32,000 nucleotides of DNA from Wigglesworthia glossinidia endosymbiont of Glossina brevipalpis (GTDB lineage: Bacteria; Pseudomonadota; Gammaproteobacteria; Enterobacterales; Enterobacteriaceae): the NCBI GenBank assembly GCA_000008885.1, contig BA000021.3:510001-542000 (forward strand), given 5' to 3'. Below the pieces are notes generated by a model. The model worked only from the letters and a program-made list of their open reading frames with translations, did no database searches and was not told the origin of the DNA. Shown here piece after piece: positions 19,802-29,232 of this stretch. Each line of letters opens with the position of its first letter. Within the stretch, counting starts at the first letter, position 1. The translations under genes and the position numbers were made by a program.

Positions 19802-20860
19802 CTATTTGTATAAAAATTTTTTTGACAATATACTAATAATAAGTAAAAATAAAATATTCATAATTTGTCCAAAATATTCTGGATAATCATATATCATAAT
19901 TAATGAATTAAAAATATTGTTTATAAAATAAAATATAAATCCTAAAGATATTACAAAAACAACTTTTATTTTTATATCATATGAATACAAAATTCCAAAC
20001 AAAAGTTGTAATATAATTATTGTTATAATTAATATTGAAATTGGAGAAAATATTTTATTCCAAAATACTAAATATTGTTTTTTATAATATAAATTATTTT
20101 TTTTTAAGAATTTTATATAAAAATATAATTCTGATATAGATAACTCTTCCGTTGGAAATAAAATAAGATTTATTTCTTTTGGAGTTATTATATTTGTATA
20201 AATTTGTTTATCAAAACTATTAATTTCTATTTTTTTATTATTATTAAATTTTATTGTTTTTACGTCAAACATTATCCATTCTTTGTTTTTAAAAATTGCA
20301 TATTTTGAACTTTTTATATATTTAATTTCATTAAATTTGTTAAATTCATAAATATATATTCCTTGTATAAAATCAAAATCAACAATTTTTTTAATTAAAA
20401 TAAAATTATTATTTATTTTAATCCATAAATTTTTTTTATTTTCTGAAATAAAATTAAAAAAATACTTGCTTTTTATTTTTTTTTCTATTGGAATAATCCA
20501 TTCTAAAATTATTGAATAAATAAATAAAAAAATAATTATAGTTTTTATTATTAATATACATATTTTTATTCTGCTAATTCCAGAAGATTCTATTATAATA
20601 AGTTCTCTATTTTTTTCTAATATACCAATGCTCCATAAAATTCCAATTAAAATTGATATATTAAAAAATTCTTCAATATCTTTTGGTACAGACAATAAAA
20701 TTGTAGAGATTAAATAAAAAATAGATATATATGAATTATCTATAGACTGGATTTTTTCTGAAAATTTTATTATTCCAGATATAGTCAATAATATAAATAA
20801 TGCAACTATAGTTGTTTTGAATATTAAAGATCTAATATATCTGTCTAATATAAAAAGCAT
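19802..20860 (-). CDS. lptG: LPS export ABC transporter permease LptG
   Basis: The 352-aa YjgP/YjgQ-family ORF has LDRYI at the N terminus, LLSVPKD, and ISELYFYIKFLKKNN (compare E. coli ISGLHNYVKYLKSSG). It follows lptF, as in E. coli. Confidence 0.85.
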   Translation of the reverse strand: MLFILDRYIRSLIFKTTIVALFILLTISGIIKFSEKIQSIDNSYISIFYLISTILLSVPKDIEEFFNISILIGILWSIGILEKNRELIIIESSGISRIKICILIIKTIIIFLFIYSIILEWIIPIEKKIKSKYFFNFISENKKNLWIKINNNFILIKKIVDFDFIQGIYIYEFNKFNEIKYIKSSKYAIFKNKEWIMFDVKTIKFNNNKKIEINSFDKQIYTNIITPKEINLILFPTEELSISELYFYIKFLKKNNLYYKKQYLVFWNKIFSPISILIITIIILQLLFGILYSYDIKIKVVFVISLGFIFYFINNIFNSLIMIYDYPEYFGQIMNILFLLIISILSKKFLYK

Positions 20861-20868
20861 AAAATTAA

Positions 20869-21942
20869 TTAACTAAAAATCTTTTTTATATTATTATAAT
20901 ATAATGCTATTGAAAAAAAAATATAAATAAAATTTATAATCCACATAAAAAATATAGAATGCAACTTAAATAAGGAATGATTAGAATATATAAATGTTTG
21001 AGAAATAAAAAAAATTAAGTAAAAAAATATACCTAAAAATAAGTTAAAAAATTGACCAGATCCTAATTTTTTTATATTTAAAGCGAAAGAAATAATCGAC
21101 ATAATTAAAACAGAAAAAACTATAGTAATACGCCAATTATATTCTAATTTATATTCTTCTATGCATGAATTAAATAAATTTTTAAAATAAACATATTCTG
21201 AGCTGGGTTCTTTTAAGCGAGAAAATGTATTAAATAATTCTATTTGATATCTTTCAAAAGATGCTATAAAAAAATAATTTGATTTAAAATCAATTTCATA
21301 ATATTCTCCATAATTTAAATTAATTACGTTTTTATTTTTTAATAAATCTTTATATAAAGATCCATGCTTAGAAACGAATACAACTGGAATATATTCTTTA
21401 TTTTTTAATATAAATTTTACAATAAATATATTTTTTAAATTTTTATCTTTTATATTATCTACAAATAATATTATGTTTTTGTCCTTTATAAATTTAAATT
21501 GTTTTTCATTTAACTTTAATTTATCAATGTTAGATAAATTATAGCTAATTATTTTATGTTTATAATTCAGAGCTAACGGAGAAATCCACATTACGTTCAC
21601 AAAAGAAAAAGACATTACTAATAAATTTAAAAATAAAATAACCTTAATAAAACATTCATTCCCTATACCACAAGTTTTAATAGATATAATTTCGTTACTA
21701 TTATGTAATTTTTGCATTACTAATGCAATACTTATAAATAAACTCAAAGGAAGAATTAATTTAATTATTTCTGGAATATATAAAATTAATAAAAAAAATA
21801 TAATTTTTTTAGGAATTAACTCTTCTGACATAGAAGATAATATTCTTACTAATTTTTGACAAAAAAAAATTAAAAACAAAATACATAAAATATGAAATTG
21901 AGATTTTAGTATTTTTTTAATTAAATATTTTAATATGATCAC
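20869..21942 (-). CDS. lptF: LPS export ABC transporter permease LptF
   Basis: The 357-aa ORF starts at GTG. MIILKYLIKKILKSQFHILCILFLIFFCQKLVRIL matches E. coli LptF MIIIRYLVRETLKSQLAILFILLLIFFCQKLVRIL, and NWRITIVFSV matches NWRITLVFTV. It is divergent from pepA. Confidence 0.87.
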   Translation of the reverse strand: MIILKYLIKKILKSQFHILCILFLIFFCQKLVRILSSMSEELIPKKIIFFLLILYIPEIIKLILPLSLFISIALVMQKLHNSNEIISIKTCGIGNECFIKVILFLNLLVMSFSFVNVMWISPLALNYKHKIISYNLSNIDKLKLNEKQFKFIKDKNIILFVDNIKDKNLKNIFIVKFILKNKEYIPVVFVSKHGSLYKDLLKNKNVINLNYGEYYEIDFKSNYFFIASFERYQIELFNTFSRLKEPSSEYVYFKNLFNSCIEEYKLEYNWRITIVFSVLIMSIISFALNIKKLGSGQFFNLFLGIFFYLIFFISQTFIYSNHSLFKLHSIFFMWIINFIYIFFSIALYYNNIKKIFS

Positions 21943-22106
21943 AAAAACAATATTTATAATTTAAAATTAATTTTTTAATAAAAGCATGATATTATATCAT
22001 ATGTTATAATCAAAAAATTTTTTAAAAAATTAAAAATAAAATATTAATATTAAATAAATTAAATATTAAAATAAATAACTTAATAATTTTATTAAATAGG
22101 ATTAAT

Positions 22107-23612
22107 ATGAAATTTAGTATAGCTGATAAAAGCATAAAACAAACTAAAGATATTTTACTAATATTAGGAATATTTTATAAAGATTGCTATCAAAAAACAT
22201 TAAAATACATAAGTGATGAAAATAAAAAAAATATAATTCAAGTAGTAAAAAATATAAAAATCAAAGACAATATAGGATCAACTTACTTTATAAGTAATAC
22301 AAACAAAGTAGGTTCTAATCCAATTTTACTAATTATGTTGGGATCAAAAGTAAATATAAATTCAAGAATCTACAAAAAATTAATAATTAATACAATTAGT
22401 TCAATTAAAAATATTAAATACAAAAAATCTATATTTTTTTTACTAAATTTGAATTTTAATAATTCCAATTTGTATTGGAAAATAAGAAGATCTATTGAAT
22501 ATATATATGAATCATTATATGAATTTAATAATTTTAAAAGCAAAACAAAATCATATAAAATTTATATGAAAGAAATTATGTTTTATATTCATGATGAAAA
22601 TGAAATAAAACAAGCAAATATTGCCATAAGTCACAGTGTATCTATTTCTAAAGGAATAATAATCACAAAAAATTTAGGTAATATGCCTTCCAATTTTTGT
22701 GATCCGCATTATCTTTCTCATCAATCTTATATATTAAAAGATAAATATTCTGAAAAAATTTCAGTAGAAATAATGGATCATAAAAAAATAAAAAATATTG
22801 GAATGAATGCATATCTACATGTTAGTAAAGGATCTTCAAAAAATCCTTATTTATCAATTATCAAGTATAATGAAAATAAATTTAATGGAAAATCCCCAAT
22901 TATATTGATTGGAAAAGGATTGACATTTGATTCCGGAGGAATATCCATAAAACCTTCAAATAATATGGACGAAATGAAATTTGATATGTGCGGAGCAGCT
23001 GCTGTTTTAGGAGTTATGCACGCAATATCTGAATTAAATTTAAATTTATATGTTATAGGAATCTTAGCATGTTGCGAAAATATGGTAGATTCTTCATCAT
23101 ATAAACCAGGTGATATTATCAAAACATTGTCAGGTAAAACAGTAGAAGTAATTAATACTGATGCAGAAGGTAGATTGGTTTTATGTGATGTTATTACTTA
23201 TGTAAAACGTTTTAATCCTAGAATAGTAATTGATATAGCTACTTTAACAGGAGCATGCGTAATAGCATTAGGGCATCATTATACTGGATTAATATCAAAT
23301 TGTGATGAATTAAGCGAAAACATTTTAAATGCTTCTAATATTACTGAAGATCTTGCTTGGAGATTGCCTTTAAATAAAAAATTTTCTAAACAACTAAAAT
23401 CTAGATTTGCTGATATATCAAACATTAGCGATAGATCTGGAAGCGCTATAACAGCAGGGTGTTTCTTGTATGAATTTGCAAAAGAATATAAATGGGCTCA
23501 CTTAGATATAGCAGGAACTGCGTGGAAATCTGGTGTTTATAAACAGGCTACAGGAAGGCCGGTATCTTTATTAACACAGTTATTGATAAATTATGGTGAT
23601 AAAAAAATATAG
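22107..23612 (+). CDS. pepA: leucyl (cytosol) aminopeptidase A
   Basis: The 501-aa ORF has the M17 metal and active-site blocks GKGLTFDSGGISIKP, MKFDMCGAAAV and NTDAEGRLVLCD. It is full length relative to E. coli PepA. Confidence 0.95.
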   Translation: MKFSIADKSIKQTKDILLILGIFYKDCYQKTLKYISDENKKNIIQVVKNIKIKDNIGSTYFISNTNKVGSNPILLIMLGSKVNINSRIYKKLIINTISSIKNIKYKKSIFFLLNLNFNNSNLYWKIRRSIEYIYESLYEFNNFKSKTKSYKIYMKEIMFYIHDENEIKQANIAISHSVSISKGIIITKNLGNMPSNFCDPHYLSHQSYILKDKYSEKISVEIMDHKKIKNIGMNAYLHVSKGSSKNPYLSIIKYNENKFNGKSPIILIGKGLTFDSGGISIKPSNNMDEMKFDMCGAAAVLGVMHAISELNLNLYVIGILACCENMVDSSSYKPGDIIKTLSGKTVEVINTDAEGRLVLCDVITYVKRFNPRIVIDIATLTGACVIALGHHYTGLISNCDELSENILNASNITEDLAWRLPLNKKFSKQLKSRFADISNISDRSGSAITAGCFLYEFAKEYKWAHLDIAGTAWKSGVYKQATGRPVSLLTQLLINYGDKKI

Positions 23613-23695
23613 TATAAAATATTTATTAGTTGTTAAATTATTTTACATAACATAACATTTTAATATTCAACTGAGAATTTATTTTTTAATAAATT

Positions 23696-26341
23696 ATGAA
23701 AAATCCTTATGATTCAAAAAAAATTGAAAGTTATTTTTTTATGTTTTGGAAAAAAAATAATCTTTTTAAAAAAAAACTAAATTCAAATAAAGATAATTTT
23801 TGTATAATTTTACCTCCTCCAAATATAACAGGTGATTTACATGTAGGTCATGCTTTTCAACAAAGCATTATTGATATTTTTATAAGATATAATTATATGA
23901 AAGGAAATAATGTATTATTACAGTCAGGTATTGATCATGCAGGAATTTCAACACAAAGTATTTTAGAAAAAAAAATATATTTTTATGAAAATAAAAATAG
24001 ATTTGATTATGGAAGAAAAAATTTTATTAAAGAAATATGGAAATGGAAAGAAGAGTCAGAAAAAAAAATATGTTATCAAATTAATAAATTAGGATGCTTT
24101 ACTGATTTAAATAAAATAAGATTTACCATGGATAAAGATTCGTGTAAAGCTGTTAATAATGTTTTTTTAAAACTTTACAAAGATAAATTAATATATAAAA
24201 AGAAAAAATTAATGCATTGGGATGTAAAATTAAGAACAGTAATATCAGATTTAGAAATAGAGAATAGAGAGATAAATGGAAAACTATGGTATATAAAATA
24301 TTTTTTTTCTGAAAATTCAAATAAAAATTCAAAATTAAATTTTTTAGAAATAGCCACCACCAGACCAGAAACTATTTTCGGAGATGTAGCTGTAGCAGTT
24401 AATCCATTAGATGCAAGATATAATAATTTAATTGGAAAATATATAAAAGTTCCTTTAACTAATAGATCAATTCCAATAATACAAGATGATTATGTAAAAA
24501 TGGATTACGGTAGTGGATGTGTAAAAATTACTCCAGGTCATGATTTCAATGATTTCAGTATATGTAAAAATCACAAGCTAAATATAATTAATATTTTAAC
24601 CATCTCTGGTAAAATTTGTAAAAAACCAAAAGTATATGATTTTAACGGAAATTCAGTATCTGATACAAATATTAAAATTCCAAAAGAACTTCAAGGATTA
24701 AGCATATCTGAAGCAAGAAATAATATTGTTTATAAATTAAATAGAAAAGAATATATAACAAAATTTGAATATAAAAAAGTTGTTTTGCCATTTGGAGATC
24801 GTAGCGGAGATATTTTAGAGCCTATGTTAACAAACCAATGGTATATAAAAACAAAAAAATTATCTGAAGTTGCTATAGAAGCAGTAAAAGAAAAAAAAAT
24901 AAAATTTATATCTAAACAATATGAAAATATGTATTTTGGATGGATGGAAAATATAAAAGATTGGTGTATATCTCGTCAATTATGGTGGGGGCATAGAATA
25001 CCAATTTGGTATGATGTTAATAAAAATCAATATCCAGGAATTAGTGAATCAGATGTTCGTGATAATTTTAAAATAAATAAAGAAGAGATTTTAACTCAAG
25101 AAGAAGATGTGTTAGATACATGGTTTTCTTCTGCTATATGGAGTTTTGCATCTCTCGGTTGGCCACAAAAATCTATAAAATTTGATACATTTCATCCTAC
25201 TAACTTGATCATTAGTGGATTTGATATTATATATTTTTGGATCTCTAGAATGATAATGCTGACAATGTATATTATTAAAGATTCATTTGGAAATCCTCAA
25301 ATTCCATTTAAAAATATTTTTATTACTGGATTGATTAGAGATAAAAATGGAATAAAAATGTCAAAGTCCAAAGGAAATGTTATAGATCCAATTGATATAA
25401 TTGATGGAATTTCTTTGGAAGATTTAATAAAAAAACGCACTAAAGAAATATCAAATATAAAATTAATAAAAAAAATAGAAAAAATAACAAAAAAAGAATT
25501 TCCAAACGGGATTCAAAATCACGGAGCAGATGCTGTTCGTTTAAGTATGGCATCTATTTCATGCAGTAATAGAAAAATTAATATAGATATAAAAAAAATA
25601 ATAGGATACAAAAATTTTTGTAATAAATTATGGAATGTAAGTAAATTTATAATAATAAATTTAAAAAATAAAAAAGTAAGCTTTGAGGAAAAAGAAATTA
25701 ACTTACATAAAATAGATAATTGGATATTACATAAATATAATAAAGTTTTTAAGTATTATAAATATAATATTGATAATTTCAGATTAGATTTAGTAGTAAA
25801 TATTTTATATGAATTTATATGGCATCAATTTTGTGATTGGTATATAGAAAATAGCAAAATAATTTTTAAAAATAATATAATTTCTAGATTAAATAACACT
25901 TGCTACACATTATTTTTTATACTAGAGAATTCTTTGAAAATGTTACATCCTTTTATTCCTTTTATTACCGAAGAAATATGGAAAAATCTATCTAAAATGG
26001 TTAGAAATGAAAGAAAAAATACAACTATTTTGGAGTTTTTTCCTAAAAAATACCTCTTTTTAAAAAAAGATAATTCTTTTAATGAAATCGAATGTATTAA
26101 AAATATTATTACATGTATTCGCAAATTAAAATTTGAAAAAAAAACAAAGTTTAATAAATTGGTTGATGTTTGTTTTATAAATAATTCTTATGAAGAAAAA
26201 ATTATTATTTTAAATAATATTGAAATCATAAAGAATATTGCATTTGTAAAAAATGTTGATTTTTCTAGATCAATACCAAAAAATGTTCTAAAAAAAGATA
26301 TAAAAATAATAAACAATATTAAAATATATATTTATAATTAA
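23696..26341 (+). CDS. valS: valine--tRNA ligase (lacks the C-terminal coiled-coil extension)
   Basis: The 881-aa ORF has the HIGH motif PPNITGDLHVGHAF, the KMSKS motif GIKMSKSKGN, the editing-domain block TTRPETIFGDVAVAVNP, and the anticodon-domain block LHPFIPFITEEIW. Confidence 0.96.
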   Translation: MKNPYDSKKIESYFFMFWKKNNLFKKKLNSNKDNFCIILPPPNITGDLHVGHAFQQSIIDIFIRYNYMKGNNVLLQSGIDHAGISTQSILEKKIYFYENKNRFDYGRKNFIKEIWKWKEESEKKICYQINKLGCFTDLNKIRFTMDKDSCKAVNNVFLKLYKDKLIYKKKKLMHWDVKLRTVISDLEIENREINGKLWYIKYFFSENSNKNSKLNFLEIATTRPETIFGDVAVAVNPLDARYNNLIGKYIKVPLTNRSIPIIQDDYVKMDYGSGCVKITPGHDFNDFSICKNHKLNIINILTISGKICKKPKVYDFNGNSVSDTNIKIPKELQGLSISEARNNIVYKLNRKEYITKFEYKKVVLPFGDRSGDILEPMLTNQWYIKTKKLSEVAIEAVKEKKIKFISKQYENMYFGWMENIKDWCISRQLWWGHRIPIWYDVNKNQYPGISESDVRDNFKINKEEILTQEEDVLDTWFSSAIWSFASLGWPQKSIKFDTFHPTNLIISGFDIIYFWISRMIMLTMYIIKDSFGNPQIPFKNIFITGLIRDKNGIKMSKSKGNVIDPIDIIDGISLEDLIKKRTKEISNIKLIKKIEKITKKEFPNGIQNHGADAVRLSMASISCSNRKINIDIKKIIGYKNFCNKLWNVSKFIIINLKNKKVSFEEKEINLHKIDNWILHKYNKVFKYYKYNIDNFRLDLVVNILYEFIWHQFCDWYIENSKIIFKNNIISRLNNTCYTLFFILENSLKMLHPFIPFITEEIWKNLSKMVRNERKNTTILEFFPKKYLFLKKDNSFNEIECIKNIITCIRKLKFEKKTKFNKLVDVCFINNSYEEKIIILNNIEIIKNIAFVKNVDFSRSIPKNVLKKDIKIINNIKIYIYN

Positions 26342-26353
26342 CTTATTATAAAT

Positions 26354-26377
26354 TTTATAAAAATTAATTTTTATAAA
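26354..26377. repeat. perfect 24-bp A/T palindrome 13 nt after the valS stop (possible weak terminator)
   Basis: tttataaaaatt|aatttttataaa was verified by position. A related hairpin follows pyrB. Confidence 0.4.
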
Positions 26378-26439
26378 TTAAAAAATTATTTTTATATTAA
26401 AATTATAAGTTTATTTATTATCTGTGTTTTTAATAAAAA

Positions 26440-27369
26440 ATGACTAATTTTATTTATAATAAACATATTATTTCTATAAATGATTTAAGTAAAAAAGAAA
26501 TGAATTCAATAATAGATTTTTCTTTTTCATTTAAGTTAAAATCTTTTAATACTTTTCTAAAAAATAAAATAATTGCAATTTGTTTTTTAGAAGCATCCAC
26601 TAGGACTAGATTGTCTTTTGAATCTGCAATATATAGATCTGGAGGAACATGCATAGGATTTTCTGATTCATCTAATACTTCTTTAGAAAAGAAAGGCGAA
26701 AGCTTTATAGATACTATTTCTATAATAAGTAAATATGTAGATGCTATTATTGTTAGACACCCTAAAGAAGGAGCGGCTCGTCTTGCATCTGAATATTCAA
26801 ATAATATTCCGGTAATAAATGCAGGAGATGGTGCAAATCAACATCCAACTCAAACCATTTTAGATCTTTTTAGTATTAAAGAAACGCAAGGAAAATTAGA
26901 TAATCTTAACATAGCTATAATAGGAGATCTAAAATATAGTAGAACTGTACATTCTTTATCACAAGCTATTTCAAAATTTAAAAAAAATAAAATATATTTT
27001 ATTGCCCATTCTGCATTAATGCTTCCAAGTTATATAATAAATATATTAGAAGAAAAAAAAGTAGAGTATTCTTTTCACGATAGTATAGAAGAAGTTATTA
27101 AAAAAATAGATATATTATATATTACAAGAATACAAAAAGAAAGATTAGATTCTTCTGAATATGCAAATATAAATGCAAAATTTATTTTAAAAAAATCAGA
27201 TTTATTTTATGCTAAAAAAAATCTTAAAATATTACATCCTTTGCCAAGGTCTAATGAACTTTCTTTCGAAGTAGATAAAACTAGTTATGCTTACTATTTT
27301 CAACAAGCGGAAAATGGATTGTTTGTTCGACAAGCAATTTTATCTTCTATCTTGAATAAAAAATTATAA
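26440..27369 (+). CDS. pyrB: aspartate carbamoyltransferase catalytic chain
   Basis: The 309-aa ORF has [45 protein letters not shown] and HPLPR. It is near-colinear with E. coli PyrB. Confidence 0.95.
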   Translation: MTNFIYNKHIISINDLSKKEMNSIIDFSFSFKLKSFNTFLKNKIIAICFLEASTRTRLSFESAIYRSGGTCIGFSDSSNTSLEKKGESFIDTISIISKYVDAIIVRHPKEGAARLASEYSNNIPVINAGDGANQHPTQTILDLFSIKETQGKLDNLNIAIIGDLKYSRTVHSLSQAISKFKKNKIYFIAHSALMLPSYIINILEEKKVEYSFHDSIEEVIKKIDILYITRIQKERLDSSEYANINAKFILKKSDLFYAKKNLKILHPLPRSNELSFEVDKTSYAYYFQQAENGLFVRQAILSSILNKKL

Positions 27370-27374
27370 AATTT

Positions 27375-27394
27375 TATAAAAAATAATTTTTATA
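27375..27394. repeat. 8-bp stem, 4-nt loop A/T hairpin 6 nt after the pyrB stop, part of a motif shared with the valS 3' flank
   Basis: The hairpin is tataaaaa-ataa-tttttata. The surrounding 27370-27402 aligns with 26351-26387 (aattttataaaaa..aatttttata..ttaaaaa). Confidence 0.35.
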
Positions 27395-27573
27395 TTAAAA
27401 ATATATTTACTAATATAAAATATACATTATACTTATTTTTAATATTTTTTTAATAAAATTTTAAATTTATTATTAAATAATGCTGTTTTAAAAAGTAATT
27501 TATATAACAAATAAATTATAATTTACTGATTAAAATATATATTTTTACTCACATAAAATAATTTAATAATTTT

Positions 27574-28728
27574 ATGATAAACAAAGAAGATTTAACATAT
27601 TTAAATAGAGCTTTTAATCTTGCTGAATTAGGTAAATTCACAACTCATCCAAATCCAAATGTAGGATGCGTAATCGTATTAAATAAATCTATAGTTGGGG
27701 AAGGTTATCATAAAATACCAGGATCAGATCACGCTGAAATATGTGCATTAAAATTAGCTGGAAAATACGCAAAAGGCTCTACTGTATATGTTACATTAGA
27801 ACCTTGCAGCCATCACGGAAAGACTCCATCCTGCGCTCAGGCATTAATTAACGCAAAAGTAAAAGAAGTAATAGCTTCTGCGGTTGATCCAAATCCTTTA
27901 GTATCTGGAAAAGGCTTTAGTATGCTAAAAAATGCTGGAATTAAAGTTAAATATAACATAATGTCAGAAAAATCAATAAAATTGAACCTTGGATTCTTTA
28001 AAAGAATGAAATATGGTATTCCATGGATAACATTAAAATTAGGATCATCTATTGATGGAAGAACTGCTACAAAAAAAGGAATTAGTAAATGGATAACGTC
28101 TGTAGAATCAAGAAAAGATGTTCAAGTATTAAGAGCTAAAAGCGGAGCTATCTTATCTAGCGCTAAAACAGTTATAGAAGATAACTCGAAACTAACAGTA
28201 AGATGGAATGATTTACCTAATAATGTAAAATTAAAATATTCATTAAAAGAAGAAAGACAACCTATTAGAATAATAATTGACAATTCTAATAAAATATTAA
28301 ATAGCCATGATATTATAAAACATAAAGGAATAATTTTTCTTGTTAGATCATTAAATGACAACTTAACATGGCCTAGACATGTAAAACAGATAATTTGCAG
28401 TACATGTAAAAAATTTTCAAAAACAAAAACAATTAGAACAGATTTATTTAAACTTATGATTTTGTTGGGAAAAAATGAAATTAATAGCGTTTTAATAGAG
28501 TCTGGAGCTAATTTATCAGGATCTTTTTTGTTATCAGGGCTATTAGATGAAATAATATTATATCAATCTCCTAAAATTTTAGGAGAAAAAGGTCTTCCTT
28601 TATTTTTTTTACATAAATCATTTAAATTAAATTTATCTCCTAAATTTGTTATATCTGATGTTTGTAGAATAGGAGAAGATGTGCGTTTTAAATTACATCC
28701 TTATATAAGAAAATTTAAAATTAATTAA
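27574..28728 (+). CDS. ribD: bifunctional diaminohydroxyphosphoribosylaminopyrimidine deaminase / 5-amino-6-(5-phosphoribosylamino)uracil reductase
   Basis: The 384-aa ORF has FTTHPNPNVGCVIV, the deaminase zinc motifs HAE and PCSHHGKTPSC, and the reductase part LKLGSSIDGRTA and LRAKSGAILSS. Confidence 0.93.
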   Translation: MINKEDLTYLNRAFNLAELGKFTTHPNPNVGCVIVLNKSIVGEGYHKIPGSDHAEICALKLAGKYAKGSTVYVTLEPCSHHGKTPSCAQALINAKVKEVIASAVDPNPLVSGKGFSMLKNAGIKVKYNIMSEKSIKLNLGFFKRMKYGIPWITLKLGSSIDGRTATKKGISKWITSVESRKDVQVLRAKSGAILSSAKTVIEDNSKLTVRWNDLPNNVKLKYSLKEERQPIRIIIDNSNKILNSHDIIKHKGIIFLVRSLNDNLTWPRHVKQIICSTCKKFSKTKTIRTDLFKLMILLGKNEINSVLIESGANLSGSFLLSGLLDEIILYQSPKILGEKGLPLFFLHKSFKLNLSPKFVISDVCRIGEDVRFKLHPYIRKFKIN

Positions 28729-28754
28729 ATTTATTCTAGAGAGAATTAATAATA

Positions 28755-29219
28755 ATGAATACATATGAAGGAAAACTTCAATCAAAAAATTCAAAAATCG
28801 CTATTATTATATCAAGATTTAATTCTTTTATTAATAAAAATTTATTAGATGGTGCTATTGATTCTTTAAAAAGAATTGGAAGATTGAAGAGTGAAAACAT
28901 TTCTATATTTTGGGTTCCTGGTGTATGCGAAATACCTATTATTGTTAATTTTTTATCTAAACAAAATAAATATAATGGATTAATTACATTAGGAACTGTA
29001 ATACAAGGAAAAACTTTTCATCATGAATTAATTTCTAAAGATTTTAACAATATAATTTTTAATATTAGTATAAAAAAAAATATACCAATATCTGTCGGAG
29101 TTTTATATACAAGAAACATAAATCAAGCTATAGAAAGATCTGGTACGAAATTAGGAAATAAAGGATCAGATGCAGCTTTATCTGTATTGGAAATGATAAA
29201 TTTATTAAAAATTATATGA
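28755..29219 (+). CDS. ribH: 6,7-dimethyl-8-ribityllumazine synthase
   Basis: The 154-aa ORF has IAIIISRFNSFINKNLLDGAIDSLKRIG, VPGVCEIP, LGTVIQG and AIERSGTKLGNKGSDAALS, which align with E. coli RibE/RibH. It ends with TGA. Confidence 0.93.
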   Translation: MNTYEGKLQSKNSKIAIIISRFNSFINKNLLDGAIDSLKRIGRLKSENISIFWVPGVCEIPIIVNFLSKQNKYNGLITLGTVIQGKTFHHELISKDFNNIIFNISIKKNIPISVGVLYTRNINQAIERSGTKLGNKGSDAALSVLEMINLLKII

Positions 29220-29232
29220 TACGAGATATAAG

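Noticed and set aside
21986-22010. 15-bp dyad atgatat-t-atatcat followed by TATAAT in the lptF/pepA divergent spacer, plus other dyads with 7-8 bp arms (for example ttataatt-ca-aattataa at about 6304-6321)
   Set aside because: Arms this short are expected many times by chance at this composition. -10-like hexamers occur every few tens of bases, so promoter or operator calls cannot be supported from sequence alone.
26342-26439. Possible pyrL-type leader peptide or attenuator upstream of pyrB (note gtgttttt just before the start)
   Set aside because: There is no leader ORF with a start codon and SD. No G+C-containing terminator hairpin precedes the T-run. The spacer is too short and too A/T-rich to distinguish from background.
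27370-27573. Riboswitch (FMN or TPP) or degraded pyrI or nrdR in the 204-bp pyrB-ribD spacer
   Set aside because: The spacer is almost pure A/T. None of the conserved G+C-rich riboswitch cores is present. No reading frame gives PyrI- or NrdR-like peptides.
326-28361. Twenty short ORFs (61-99 aa) embedded in or antisense to the large genes: 326-541, 2290-2556, 3310-3495, 3857-4084, 6018-6245, 6518-6724, 7626-7925, 9134-9325, 10519-10752, 10943-11128, 11981-12235, 14117-14329, 16650-16877, 18158-18391, 19123-19392, 22847-23122, 24175-24360, 25903-26124, 26454-26654, 28122-28361
   Set aside because: Each overlaps a gene with clear homology on the opposite strand. Their products are low-complexity F/I/L/S-rich strings typical of shadow frames in A/T-rich coding DNA. 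None has a convincing SD or a recognisable motif.
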